A DNA stretch of 58,890 nucleotides, the filler included, from Sphacelaria rigidula (Eukaryota), in assembly GCA_964200075.2 (NCBI GenBank). It is 10 parts of 10 records of this genome, joined end to end, with 100 filler letters (N's around TTAATTAATTAA, not from the genome) between each part and the next. Parts side by side here need not be neighbours in the genome. Positions count along the whole stretch, not along the records: positions 11,799 to 17,597 come from CAXNAA020024380.1; positions 17,698 to 23,496 come from CAXNAA020024381.1; positions 23,597 to 29,395 come from CAXNAA020024382.1; 7 more parts are not named here. The stretch is one strand, 5' to 3'. This document shows, piece by piece, positions 14,184-25,566 of the stretch (the stretch's first letter is position 1; the number at the start of each line of letters is the position of its first letter). The position numbers and the translations under genes are program-made. The notes under the pieces were generated by a model. The model was not told the origin of the DNA, made no database searches, and saw only the letters and a list, made by a program, of their open reading frames with translations.

Positions 14184-15052
14184 TCGTTGTTTTCGCTGCC
14201 TGCGCATGGGAGCGTGGTAATGCTGTATATGCCCCAATGTACTTAATTTTTATCCTTACATGAATTGACGGAAGCTGAGAGTGGACGGGGGAGGAGGGAT
14301 TCCAGAGCAAGTTATTGCGGGCTGAAAAATCCTTGGACCTTCGCGACGATATTTATGTCACGCTCTGAGTTCTTGGTAGATGGGTATGCGTCGATTGACA
14401 CGGTTCCGATTCGGTGTAGTACAGGTGTGCAGGGAAACCGTCGACTCGGATAATGTGTGCTCCGCGTGTCACGCTTCCCTGTTGTTCCTGGGTGTGTTGC
14501 CGTAGCGTTGGCAGTATAAATGTGCATGTTCACCTGTAGGAATATGCCAATCGGTGGTTGTAGTTCCCTTACGGAACCGAATATCTGAATGGCCAATTTA
14601 ACGGCTCCGGTTGTCAATGTGCATTTGTTCGACTTGCTCAACTATGTGAAGCAAGGATGATTCACGTTGGAGGCCCCGTCATTCCCTTTTTCGCCTCGGA
14701 TCAGGAAGTTTACACGCGAACGAGCCGTGGACATGAAGAACCGTGAATTGTCAAACGCGCTTCTTGTTAGCACTTTGACAGCTATTGGTCGTGGAGTGTT
14801 TGACTTATCTGGCGTCGAACCTCGTTGGATGGACCGCAGGTGAATCGCCAGAAACATGTGGAAAATAACAAAATGACAGCTTTGGTTGTACGTTGTGATT
14901 GGGTCGGGGTTCGGACACTATGGAATGCACAGTAGATGTCAAGGGGGCGGCGTTCACAGAGAGGAACTTCTCAGCTTTAGCATCGATTCACCGGCATGTA
15001 AAGCCAGCCCGTTATATTGCTCCGAAAAGAGATCTGGCACCCGAGGCGTTAA

Positions 15053-15253
15053 TCCTTCGACGGCGAGAATAGATCATCTGTTGAATCGGCATCAACTTCA
15101 CTTCTGAAAACGATGCATGATCGAGATGGGTTACCCTAGCGGTCTATGGGTTAACCCTTTGACTGCGGGGGTTGGTCGCCTGCTGAATCGGCATCAATAG
15201 TCGCTTGAGAAAAGTATGCATAGTCCAGATAGACTGCCCTTGCTGTTTAGGGG
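15053..15253 (+). mobile_element. Two head-to-tail piggyBac-like MITEs, about 100 bp each
   Basis: TTAA-(t/c)cc...ggg-TTAA. Copies 15053-15150 and 15155-15253 share one TTAA, and both carry the core tgaatcggcatcaa. Confidence 0.75.
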
Positions 15254-15587
15254 TTGAGAGCTTTGGGTGAAGGCCATGAGTTGATTATTCCTTTCTGGTT
15301 TGGTGGCAAGTTGCCTTCGAATCGGAGTCATGAAAGCGCGCGCTCGACCAGTCACGCAGAAATCCTCTAGAACTTCAATGCAAAACTTGTTTTGACACTG
15401 AAGTTATCTTCTGCTTTCCCGCCGAATCGTTCGTCCTACTGTATATACTTTTACAGCAGTGGCGCACGTGCGTCGATATGTCGATATCGCCAGTTGGTTG
15501 TGTAGCTTCCGTTTTTTCTGGTTTGCTACTACTAAAACTAACTGCCGCGTGAACGAACAAGCTGTGTCGCCAAGTATGTACACCATG

Positions 15588-15659
15588 CGTAATGCTCCGT
15601 CTCGAAAGGGATGCGTGGTCAATGGTCAAATGACTAAGGCAAGCAACAAATGAGTACGT
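15588..15659 (+). mobile_element. 5'-truncated LINE 3' end followed by C-run
   Basis: Encodes RNAPSRKGCVVNGQMTKASNK-stop, then gtacgt and C10. Homologous to 20896-21130 and 23428-23496. Confidence 0.65.
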
Positions 15660-16114
15660 CCCCCCCCCCACACACACACGTCCTTTCAGGTTACATCGCG
15701 TTGTTGCAATGGCAACACCATGAGATGATGGGTCTGTGCTTCCTGAGTAGGTCCCGGGTTAGAACTCCGGCCCCCATCAACGCGACACGAACACAAGAAT
15801 CGCCAAATTGACTAATCGTCGTACATGCATGATATGATCAGCGTATATCATCACCATCCATCCTTATGTTTGATTGACTTGCACACGGCCACTGGAAGGA
15901 AACATGGTTTGTTCTCGTTTTTCCTTATTATAGTTGAGATCCAATCCATACAGAGCATGCCGTACGAAGTAGTTAGGTTGACCAAGAGCGAAGTAAGGAT
16001 CACGGTCGATGTACATACTATTTTCCTTGCATGTTATCAGAGCAATCATCATGTACGTGTCGGTTCACCAGGCGAACCGATCATTCTCCGATCAGGCCAT
16101 CAGGTGAGCCTTAA

Positions 16115-16214
16115 TCCTTTTGGACGGCGAGGGTAGTCTTTCTGGATGATGCATCATTTTTTCAAGTGAAATTGATGCCGATTCAACAGATGACCTACTC
16201 TCGCTGTCTAAGGG
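16115..16214 (-). mobile_element. piggyBac-like MITE (same family, inverted)
   Basis: TTAA at 16111-16114 and 16215-16218, with core ttgatgccgattcaacaga. Confidence 0.8.
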
Positions 16215-16637
16215 TTAAGTCTTTCGAGAAGAGTGCCCTCTACGATGTTCAGCCTTGCGATGAGAGCAAAATGTCCACCTGTGCCAGATGACCCACCCTG
16301 GTGGCCGAAGGGTTGACCCTTTCACCGCCAGGACATATATGCATGTGGCGTGCGATTTCCTGCGGGTCAACCCGATAAGTTCTGGGAGTTTCCTCGGCCC
16401 TCTGGCCGCAGGGTTGGCCTTCTGCACGGGCCTTAATGTCTCCATTATTTTTCAATCGATCATGGATGAGCGCCAACAAATGGTGAAAAAAACTGAATCG
16501 CATCCTGATTTATATCAGTTGAACATTATGCCGCCGGTTCGCCGGTTCGACAGAAGATGGGTGGACACACACCAGACACTTTTGCGGCGGTGATGTTTCT
16601 TACCGCAAACGCGAGTTATCTTGACGGCGTGTCTTAA

Positions 16638-16735
16638 CCCCTAGACCGCGAGGTTAGTCTTCTGTTGAATCGGCATCAATTTCAAGTGCAAAAAAGTATG
16701 CATGATCCAGAAAGACTAATCTCGCGGTCTAAGGG
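16638..16735 (+). mobile_element. piggyBac-like MITE (same family)
   Basis: TTAA at 16634-16637 and 16736-16739, with TIR cccctagaccgcgag / ctcgcggtctaaggg. Confidence 0.85.
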
Positions 16736-16740
16736 TTAAG

Positions 16741-17151
16741 AGCCTGCCTTACCATATTAGTTTTCGAACGAAATTGTGCGGTGGAAAGCAAAAATACCGA
16801 TCTGATACGTCATGATTTCAACCATCTTCAAAATTTTCGACGATGGTTGAAATTACGACCTATCAGATCGGAATTTTTGCTCTCCACCGCACAATTTCGA
16901 TCGAAGACCAATGTGCAACCCCGTAGGGCCTTACAAAACGAATGTGCAAAGACCCCTTAGCGCCTTCGCAAATTTGATCTCAATCGAAGATGTGCGATGA
17001 TGGAAAACAAGAATCCCGACCTGATAGATCGTAATTTCAACCATCGAAAATTTGAAATTTTGTTGATGGTTGAAATCACGACCTATCAGATCGGGATTTT
17101 TGTTTTCCACCGCACAATTTCGTTCGAAAACTCGTGTGCTAAGACACGGCC
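16741..17151. mobile_element. Double-hairpin Harbinger-like MITE
   Basis: Two related palindromes (about 16757-16912 and 16985-17135) centred on ttcaaccatc...gatggttgaa. Right terminus is gctaagacacggcc. Confidence 0.65.
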
Positions 17152-17327
17152 TGAGTCCGATGAATAGTACTACAACGGTGTAATACGAAAGTTTCTCGCG
17201 CCACAAGATCCTAAATCTCGACAGCGGTTCGAAGGGTTCACAACACGTTTCGGGCAGTTGACAAGTCAGTTAATTCTTCACCCTCTGACCGCTACTACTT
17301 CACTGTAGTGTGGATATAATCTATCTG

Positions 17328-17597
17328 CACACGCGGTCATTTGGCTACACCCAAAATGCCTCCAGAGGGATGCGCGGCCCTCCAGGGGGAAAACAAGCCT
17401 CCGGAGGCCTTCCATCCCTCTAGAGGAGACCAAACTCTACCGATGCGGAGGGCCGCGCACCCCTCCGGAGGCGTTCAACCCCTCTGGAGATAGCCAAAAA
17501 ATCTCCTCTGGAGGGCCGCGCACCCCTCCGGAGGCGTTTAATTCCTCTGGAGGCTCGAAAAGTGTACCCACCTGGAGGAAGTTTGGAGGTAACCAAA
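17328..17597. mobile_element. Second copy of CACACGCGG MITE, truncated at contig end
   Basis: Reverse complement of about 13864-14183. Confidence 0.8.
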
Positions 17598-17927
17598 NNN
17601 NNNNNNNNNNNNNNNNNNNNNNNNNNNNNNNNNNNNNNNNNTTAATTAATTAANNNNNNNNNNNNNNNNNNNNNNNNNNNNNNNNNNNNNNNNNNNNGGC
17701 TTTGTAGGGATGCGAGGTCAATGGGCTGATGACTATGGCATGCATGATCATGAGTACACCCCCAACCAACTCTTGCTAACCGCCGAGCCTGACGAACATA
17801 ACTTAGATTATCCTTCAGAACCTCGTGGGATTGCCAGCACCCAAGCCTCAGAAGAAGTAGCATGGTCAAATATTTAAAGCACATGACCAAGCAGTCGGTG
17901 TGCTGAAACGGTGGTGAATTTGTGCAG

Positions 17928-18038
17928 GTGACCAGGTTAGAGCTGTTGAAAAGAGAGATCGACATCCTCCGCACCGTGGAACATCCCAACATCATACGTT
18001 TGGAGGACATCTACGAAGACAACAACAATTTGCATCTG
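17928..18038 (+). CDS. Kinase exon (subdomains III-IV)
   Basis: tgcag|[37 protein letters not shown]|gtgag, 111 nt. Confidence 0.93.
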
Positions 18039-21000
18039 GTGAGATACCAATATGCATCGGATGAGCGACAACTTTTTACATTTTGTGTACACCCACAACG
18101 CTGATGCCGTGCGTGTGCCGATACAGTGCGAGGAGTGTCCATTGCGTGAAGATGGACATTGTACTGCGCTACTTGGTGACATGCCACTTTACCCCCGCCA
18201 TAGCGCGCGTGCATCACAGGATGGATAGCTGACCGTTGACGACACGTGAGAGCGGGGGGTACAATGTTGTCACAATGTAGTTTAGGGTTGTGTGTCGGAA
18301 GCAGAGATACGGGAATCATGGCGATGCGTCGGCGAAGCTGATACGCCGATAAATCACAAAATTAATAATCTTGCAGAGCAGGCACCACAGCGAGTCGCAG
18401 CCCCAGCGCAAACGACCTCCCCTGACTGGTGGATGGGCCTCGCTGAATGCGGTGCCAGAGACCGAAAAATGCAGAACTTTTTCTGTATCTCCCTCCGAAA
18501 CTAGGCTTGATGCGCTTGCGCAGCGAATGTACAACACGTGCTTTCAACCATTCACAGGGGTGCGCAAGAGCATCGACCGGCACATGATCAGCCCGTCGTT
18601 TAGCTGGTAGGAATCACAGGGTCCGGCAGACTTTAGGCTATCGGAAAGTGAGTCATGAGACTGTCGGTTTGGCGGGGGTGCAGACATCATTCACCTCTGT
18701 ACTGCGCACTGTCCATTGAAGATATCTTGGAATGTTTTTTTTCTTTTCAATGAAGGTATTGTAAGCCATTTCCCATCGGATAATGACTTGGATATCGTAC
18801 TTCATTGCTGATACCTCCACACTGCCTACGAATCGGTGCGAAACACCAATCCGTTACGATATATCGTGTCGTTCCGGTGCGCATCGATGCGATCGACAGC
18901 GACACACAGCCCTTCTGCATAGGTCATGCGATACGATCCTGCTGTCGTACTGCGGTGGTCACCCTGAAACAGTAAAGCTTGGCACAGTGTGGTTATTGAA
19001 TTGTTCCATATTGTACTGTTTTGTACCGACCGTACCGTACTGTAGTGATATACTCTCCACCTATGCCGTGCGGTATGTTGTACGTGCAAGACACCTACTG
19101 AAGTGATAGAATTTGGGTTGCAAGGACGCAGCTACCAGGAGGATAGTCGGCACTGTCTACGATAGCCCCCCCCCCCAAAAAAAAAAAAAGTGCCTGGTTT
19201 AGGGAGGCAAAATCTTCACGTGAATCGAAAGGGAAAAAGCCGAGCACAACGACGAGCAGCTGGGAATTTCCACGCTTGGGTTCATTCTCGCCAACGTCGC
19301 CCATATGAGGCGCTTCATGCAGCCTGACTCAAACATCAGGCGCTGTATGGCCATTTTTTTCGTGACAGTTGTGGGCTGTTGTTGTTGTTTTTTTTGGGGG
19401 GGGGGGCTGTCGTAGAAAGTGTCAGTCAGTTGCGCCTACTGTGTAATTGATTGTTTCGCATGACCTAATCACCCTAGGTCATGATCCAGCCGTGGTCATT
19501 TTATCCACATGATAAACGCACCCGAGATAAAACACAACGGGAACAATCGATTAAGGGAAGTGAAGAAAGCAGAGAGAAGGAACAGAAACAAAGAGTAGAC
19601 TTAAATACGCTGATTACGACGCGTGAAGTACCAGCTGTGAGCCTGCAGCCAAACGATTATCACCCGTTACAGTCGTGATGTAAGAACAAAAGCGCTGTAC
19701 AGTATTTTGCTGGACAGAACCTGACGATACAGAAACCTGCACTATGCGTGAAACACACAGGCACAGGCACACACACGTAACATGTTGTGTGTTGAAATGC
19801 CAGGCGCTGTCCTGCATCGTACATCCACTCGCATTGAAACAATATCCTGAATAGAAACGTGTACCGTACGTCAACCGCGAAACGATGACTGGGATTGAGA
19901 GATGCATGAACAATTACTCACCGGATGAACCCGATTCTTTGTCGAGCCGGATGAGCGATAGATGTAGATTATCTGGCAGTTTCTACTGCTGTAGTTGTAG
20001 GCGGCATTTGAATAGTACTCGAACGTGTTCCTTATTGTATGCAACAGTAACCTACGTCTGGTATGGCGGTACTTCACATGCAAGGTGAACAACAGCCATC
20101 CTGTAGAGGAAGCTCAAGCGCGTAGCGAAGTGTCAACAGGGTGCCAAACCTACGATTTCGTAGCTTGATGCCCTGTACATACAGAGCAAACCACACCCGG
20201 CGCACTGACTAGCTAGAGAAATACTCACCGTTACTGAGGGGAATAATGCTTTGCAACTAAAGATGCCTGGTGGTCAAAATATTGCGCAACTTCACTGCTA
20301 CCCGCAGTCAAAAACGTCTTGCGATAAGAATGATGCTTTCCAAATAGATATATGTGTAATCAACGGGGTTCCTGCGCGATGTCCGCTTTAGGTCACGGAG
20401 CTGTGCACGGGAGGTGAACTGTTCGACCGAATAATCGCAAAGACCGAGTCGGAGGAAGGGTGCTTCAGCGAGCAGGACGCGGCGAAGATCGTGCACGCGA
20501 TCTTGGGGTGAGGCACTGCGGCAATCAATCCATCGCAATGTTCAGCTCGCGTCGTACCTTCACACAGGATAAAGTCACTCGAACCCTTCCACGTCTTCAA
20601 TGTGATCATGTAGGGCGATCGAGTACATCCACAACGAGCACAACATCTGCCATCGGGACCTCAAGCCAGAGAACTTCCTCTTCAAAACCACGGAAGATGA
20701 GGTAACATTCAGCAACACGAGCCGTCTACTATGCTTTTATCACAATGAGCGGGAGTATCGATTGCTGAGCACGAGAAGCGCGCTACAGTGAATACAGTCG
20801 TATGTCGTCCTTCCTCCCACACGAACCACCCTGACCAGCAACGCAAATAGCATTACACGACCAAGAGAGTCATGCTGCGATAGGGTGGGGGGGGGCATCC
20901 TCATTTCTTACTTGCCGTAGTCGTTTCACCATTGACCATGCCTTTCTTTCGAGACGGAGTACCGTCCCTACTCCTAACAGAGACACCTCCAACATTTAGG

Positions 21001-23200
21001 CGCTCATTATGTTTCTTCCATACATGATACAAAAGTCTTTTACATATCTTATCCACGTCCTGTTTCGCCGTCTGTGGCCACCATCTATCTCCTTGTAAAG
21101 CCAATATTTTTTCGTCCAACTGTCAGTGCAAGAGAGACAGACGGCGTTGTTTCCAGCATCCACCCTGATGCCGGCACAGCCTAATTTCCAACGCCCGAGC
21201 TCCCGCGTGCATTGTACTCGTCGCGCGAGGTCTTCTGCGATACTCCTACGGTACAAAGGCACGGTGGTCGTGTGGGGTGACGGTGGTCGTGTGGGATGCC
21301 TATTTGCACTGTACAGTTTTCATCCGCAACGGACGTGTTTGGGGATCCACGATCGCACAGCTTTCGGTGCAAGGAGCGGCCGCACCCACTCGTCAAGACC
21401 CTGCTTCCTTCACAACGCGGGATTGTCGGCGGTAGGGCTCCCATGATGAGCGGAAGGCACGCTGGCCCTCTCGCCGCGGGTACTGTAGCGGCTGACGTAC
21501 ACAAGGCGCAGCGAGTGGGAGGAACCGAAGCTTGCGCTGCAGTGCCAACGGCTGAAAATTGCCCCTGAATCCACGGTTGGTCGCATGCGAACAAGTTTAG
21601 ACGACGCAAACAGACTCGCCCGCCACAAAAAGAGTTATGTTGTTGGAAAGCGCGGTTGTTGCTCCGTGCTCTTGAGGCAGGCGCCGCGGCACAAACCCAG
21701 GCACTTTAATAGATGAGTTTGACCTGAACACGGCGGGCTCAATGGCGCGTCGGTGTCTCATTATTGATATTTGATACTTGAGGTCACTTTTTGCACCCCT
21801 CAGCCCTTGTACTTATTCATTATTCATTGTTTGTTAATGTTTTTATCATTTATCATTTATTTGCCGCACTTTGGACCCCTCTCCTATCTCGGGACGAATC
21901 CGTGGTCTCAAGGGATCAACCCATCTCTCCCCCGGTACACGCCTTGCATATTGGTCTCGCGGATTGGATCATGACTATCAACACTCCCGCACCGCGTCAA
22001 TTCACGTCAAACAAACTCAATCAACTATTATACTTTGTTTACTCACTTTCTCACGTTTGCCACGGTGGACCAGATGCGACGACGAAAAAAAACAACGCAT
22101 CGGGAATCGGACCCTTGTTCTCTCCACCCTAAGTGCATTATAGAGTAAAAATAAGGTAAATTTCAACACTGTAGTATTTGTAGACATTTTGACATGTGCG
22201 CGACATTTGTCATGTGCACCCAAACACGTTCCTGCCGAAAGTGGTTCTCTATCGTCCACGCTGTCGTTCCGTGCCCTTGGTTTGGTCGGATTTTCCTCCT
22301 TCATGTCGCAGTCCGAGCTTAAGATAATCGATTTCGGACTATCTCGCTTCGAGGATGGTTCGGAAGCGATGACCACTCGGGTTGGGACCCCTTACTACAT
22401 TGCACCCGAAGGTAACGCAAGCAAACACCGAAAGCACGCTTTCACCACCTGCATTACAGGATACTCAAACGGCAACGCACGACTCTCCCCCATTCTTTGT
22501 CTCTCTCCCTCTCTCTCTCTCGCCCGCATGAAACATTTAGGATTCGGTTGTGCTCGGAAAACCATGTACAGCCCAATTGCTCGGGATGTCATTTTGAAAG
22601 CCGTGCCAAAAATCTCGACTTTGAACCCACTATTCCAAAATCGCGTTTTTTATTAGTGAAAGACCGCGGGGAAGATTCAATCAAAATGTAGTGGAGGCGA
22701 AAAAACTTTTACGGCAAGCGTTCTGCATCCTCTCCTGGAGAAAATCATGTGTGGCTTCTTCCCCCGCGGTCATCCACTCAAAAAGCGTAGCTTTAAAAAT
22801 CGTCTCTGTTCTGTTTTGGGGGGGGAGGTTGCAACGCAAGGGCGTCATGCCACAGCTGATGTCATACTCGTGAGACGCAACCTGGGTTAGGAACACCCAG
22901 AATGTAGCTCCGTCCCCAGCGTTGCAAGGATGTGAGACCGAGGATCCAAAGTAACGGCAGTCATTCTTTCTCCTGACTGCGCCCTGCCTCTCTCCCTCCC
23001 TTCTTGCGTTGTCAGTGTTGCTGAAGAAATACGACAAAGCGTGCGACTTGTGGTCTATTGGAGTGATCATCTTCATCCTACTGTGCGGCTATCCGCCCTT
23101 CCACGGGAGGAACGACGCCGAGATCTTCCAGGCGGTTCAGCGGGTGCAGTACCGCTTCCTGAGTCCGGAGTGGGACGAGGTTTCGTCCGAGGCCAAGCAA
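17928..23200 (+). CDS. CaMK/CDPK-family Ser/Thr protein kinase, internal part (5 exons, subdomains III-X)
   Basis: join(17928-18038,20392-20507,20614-20701,22312-22411,23016-23200). GT-AG introns with consistent phases 0,2,0,1 give [90 protein letters not shown]. The N- and C-termini lie outside this contig. Confidence 0.95.
19149..19423. mobile_element. Intronic MITE with 17-bp TIR plus C/G homopolymer and 4-bp TSD
   Basis: ggcactgtctacgatag-C11 ... G11-ctgtcgtagaaagtgtc, with AGTC on both flanks. An inverted copy lies at 23204-23427 and a terminus at about 41330-41355. Confidence 0.8.
20392..20507 (+). CDS. Kinase exon (subdomains V-VIa)
   Basis: tttag|[40 protein letters not shown]|gtgag, 116 nt. 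Confidence 0.95.
20614..20701 (+). CDS. Kinase exon (catalytic loop)
   Basis: tgtag|[30 protein letters not shown]|gtaac, 88 nt. Confidence 0.95.
20896..21200 (-). mobile_element. 5'-truncated LINE (ORF2 C-terminus relic) in kinase intron
   Basis: [57 protein letters not shown]...ASKK-stop resembles the W..RN tail of L1/Tx1-type ORF2. It abuts the G-run at 20883-20895. Confidence 0.65.
21830..22150 (-). mobile_element. tRNA-derived SINE
   Basis: Minus-strand B-box-like ggtccgattcc and an A-rich tail (plus strand ttttatcatttatcatttatt). Body is homologous to 23597-23788. Confidence 0.7.
22312..22411 (+). CDS. Kinase exon (DFG to APE)
   Basis: cgcag|[34 protein letters not shown]|gtaac, 100 nt. 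Confidence 0.95.
23016..23200 (+). CDS. Kinase exon (subdomains IX-X), donor uncertain
   Basis: gtcag|[63 protein letters not shown]. The donor is either gtgccc at 23201 or GC-type gcaagt at 23197. Confidence 0.9.
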
Positions 23201-23203
23201 GTG

Positions 23204-23427
23204 CCCCCCCCCAAAACCAGCACAAAACTGTCACGAAGAAAATTGTCATTCAGCGCCTGATGTTTGGTTTCAGGCTGCACGAAGCCCCTCATATGGGTGG
23301 CATTGGCGAAAACACACCCGAGCGTGGGAATCCCCAGCTGCTCGTCGTTGTGCTCGATTTTTTTCATGTCAATTTACGTGTAGATATTGCATCCTCAAAC
23401 CCGCCACTTTTAGGGGGGGGGGGGGGG
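23204..23427. mobile_element. MITE core (same family as 19149-19423) at exon border
   Basis: Reverse complement of 19166-19406 between C9 and G15 runs. The outer TIRs are missing. Confidence 0.8.
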
Positions 23428-23496
23428 CGTACTCATTTGTTGCTTGCCTAAATCGTTTGACCATTGAACACCCATCCCTTTCGAGGCGGAGCACCG
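23428..23496 (-). mobile_element. LINE 3' end abutting MITE G-run
   Basis: Reverse complement of the 15588-15659 sequence. Confidence 0.7.
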
Positions 23497-23596
23497 NNNN
23501 NNNNNNNNNNNNNNNNNNNNNNNNNNNNNNNNNNNNNNNNTTAATTAATTAANNNNNNNNNNNNNNNNNNNNNNNNNNNNNNNNNNNNNNNNNNNN

Positions 23597-23788
23597 GGAT
23601 CAGCACTCCCGCACCGCGTCAACTCACGTCACACAAACCCAGTCGACTACTTTAGTTTACTCACGTTCTCATGCTTTCCACGATGGAAATAATACATTAC
23701 GAAGAAAAAAACCCAACGGATCGGGAAGCGAACCCCCGTCCTATCCACCTTAATGGTGATAATCAGACCATTACACCACCGGGGCACA
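23597..23788 (-). mobile_element. tRNA-derived SINE 5' part
   Basis: Minus strand reads ccccggtggtgtaatgg (A box) ... ggttcgcttcc (B box). Confidence 0.7.
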
Positions 23789-23962
23789 GTGTGGATACGA
23801 GTAATTCAATCCTCCGGGTTCTCACCCTCAATGACAAGCTTCATCCTCAATTTCGATGATCGGCTGTTATATCGGGGTCACGTCTTGTACATGCGCAACT
23901 TGACGAACCGGATGTTGGCCCTCTTTTATTGCTCCATGGTGCTGATGTATGCGACTACGCAG

Positions 23963-24076
23963 GTCATTGTGGACCTTGAGTTTGCTCTTGTGACTGCGGC
24001 AGGGACAGCGATCAGGTACCACGCCGAGGATACCTTCACGCATTTTCTGTCTAGTCGCGCCAAGCGGTACAGGAAG
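23963..24076 (+). CDS. Orphan putative exon, unknown gene
   Basis: Branch-like gctgat, cgcag acceptor, aag|gtatgt donor, 114 nt, one open frame VIVDLEFALVTAAGTAIRYHAEDTFTHFLSSRAKRYRK. Confidence 0.3.
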
Positions 24077-25306
24077 GTATGTATATACACTCGACCTAAT
24101 AAGTAATGACTCTGGTTTTGCCGCAGGGTTTGCGTGCAAGGGAAACAACAGCCGCTATATTCTCTCTGCTATTTGGTTCTAAGTACATCGCTGCCGCAGA
24201 GGACCTGTTTTGTGCATACGTGTGATTACGTCTCTCAATCGACCTGAATTGTTTTTCGCAACGCATACTGCAAAGGCTTCGACCAGGCGATGATGAGAGG
24301 TTCGGGAGCTTCCGTGGGCCGAAAATCATGAACTATCCCCGTCCCCCCGCCCCCCCCTCCCGCTCTGCGAGGTCGATGGTCTTATGACTACGGCATGCAA
24401 GATCATGAGTACATCCCCCTCACGGAGGGGGGAAACTGAAATATTGAGCATCCAAGAGCAGCTAAAGCCGTACAAATTTGTCACCCACAGTAAAGTGAAG
24501 AAGAGACTGAACAATCAACCGTATAACCGCCACCCCCGCTCAGATTGCCTACTTTTGCCGAGGCTGGCATCGTGGTTCGGAACCATCGTGTTTTCAAAAG
24601 ACGAAACGCCTGTTCACGGGCAGGAGGGGTAGTGGTGAAGTGCAGGGATTTCGTGTCTATGCTGCAGCCGATCTGGGGTCGTTATTTACGGAAATTTTTG
24701 AAGATGTTTTCGACTTTTTCAGGGAACAATTTCGACTTCTAAAATTAATAAATTGCTGCGAAAAAGCCAACGGTAAATTGTCCGAGTAATATTTTATTAG
24801 TCTCAGACTGTTAGTCTCAGATTGTTCTATTCGTTGACCTTGTTGAGAAAATTGTTGTCACATTTTTCGGGGAGTATGATTTTTTCTTCCCGAAAAAAGC
24901 CCGAAAAATCTGGAAAGAACAACCTAGTTAATTTAGCACTGGCTTCTAGAAACGTCGAAACAAGCCATTGCCGCCAGTGGGCAGTACTTGGCAAAATGTA
25001 TTGAAATATAGTTGGTCGCTTGCCTGCTTTGACTGGCCAGACAAATTCTTTCCTTTGCCCCCGAGCGAGAGTCTACGTTTTTTTTTTCCCAGAATTTTCC
25101 TGGAGACGCACACTGTTGTTGGATTCGGGAGCTTATCCTTTGATGGGGGAACCGACCCTAACCCACGACCTCTACTCAAAATCTACCACCCCTCTCTCTG
25201 GAAACCCCTGGACACCCCGCTCCTTTCAGCCGGGGAAGCTGTTCCCATTCGAAGCTGGCGATCACAGGGTTGAAAACAGGAGAAACAGAAGATAATGGAG
25301 ATCCCA

Positions 25307-25566
25307 GGGTCATGCTATGATAGGGGAGGGGGGGTGTTTGGTTCCACGAAAAGAAAGGGCTGATAGGTCTGTCAGACGACCTAAAACACGCGCGGTGCGC
25401 ATGTTTATGGGTAAAAACAATACTGGTGTCAAGCAGTATGAATGAGCGATATTCACCGATCACAAGCGCGTTCGAACAGCTGCTTTCAAGGACAACTTGA
25501 AATGGCATTTCGTAGAAGAAATAACCCAAGATACCCACCCCGCTCACCCCTATCGTGGTATGACTC
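25307..25566. mobile_element. Sola2-like MITE
   Basis: TIR gggtcatgctatgatag-G-rich / C-rich-ctatcgtggtatgactc (GRG..CYC termini), with flanks ccca / ccta. The same terminus occurs at 20867 and 52953. Confidence 0.6.

Noticed and set aside
14886..14990. GFGHYG..RC as the missing Gly-rich loop exon of the kinase
   Set aside because: It is on a different contig, lacks the invariant Val and the AxK lysine, and has no suitable splice sites.
15934..16103. Two small exons separated by a 48-nt intron
   Set aside because: Splice-like signals are present, but the peptide is unrecognisable and the putative intron is itself open in frame. Support is insufficient.
13851..17597. Single 3.7-kb transposon bounded by 300-bp inverted repeats
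   Set aside because: The left copy has its own complete TIR pair, so these are two independent MITEs in opposite orientation.
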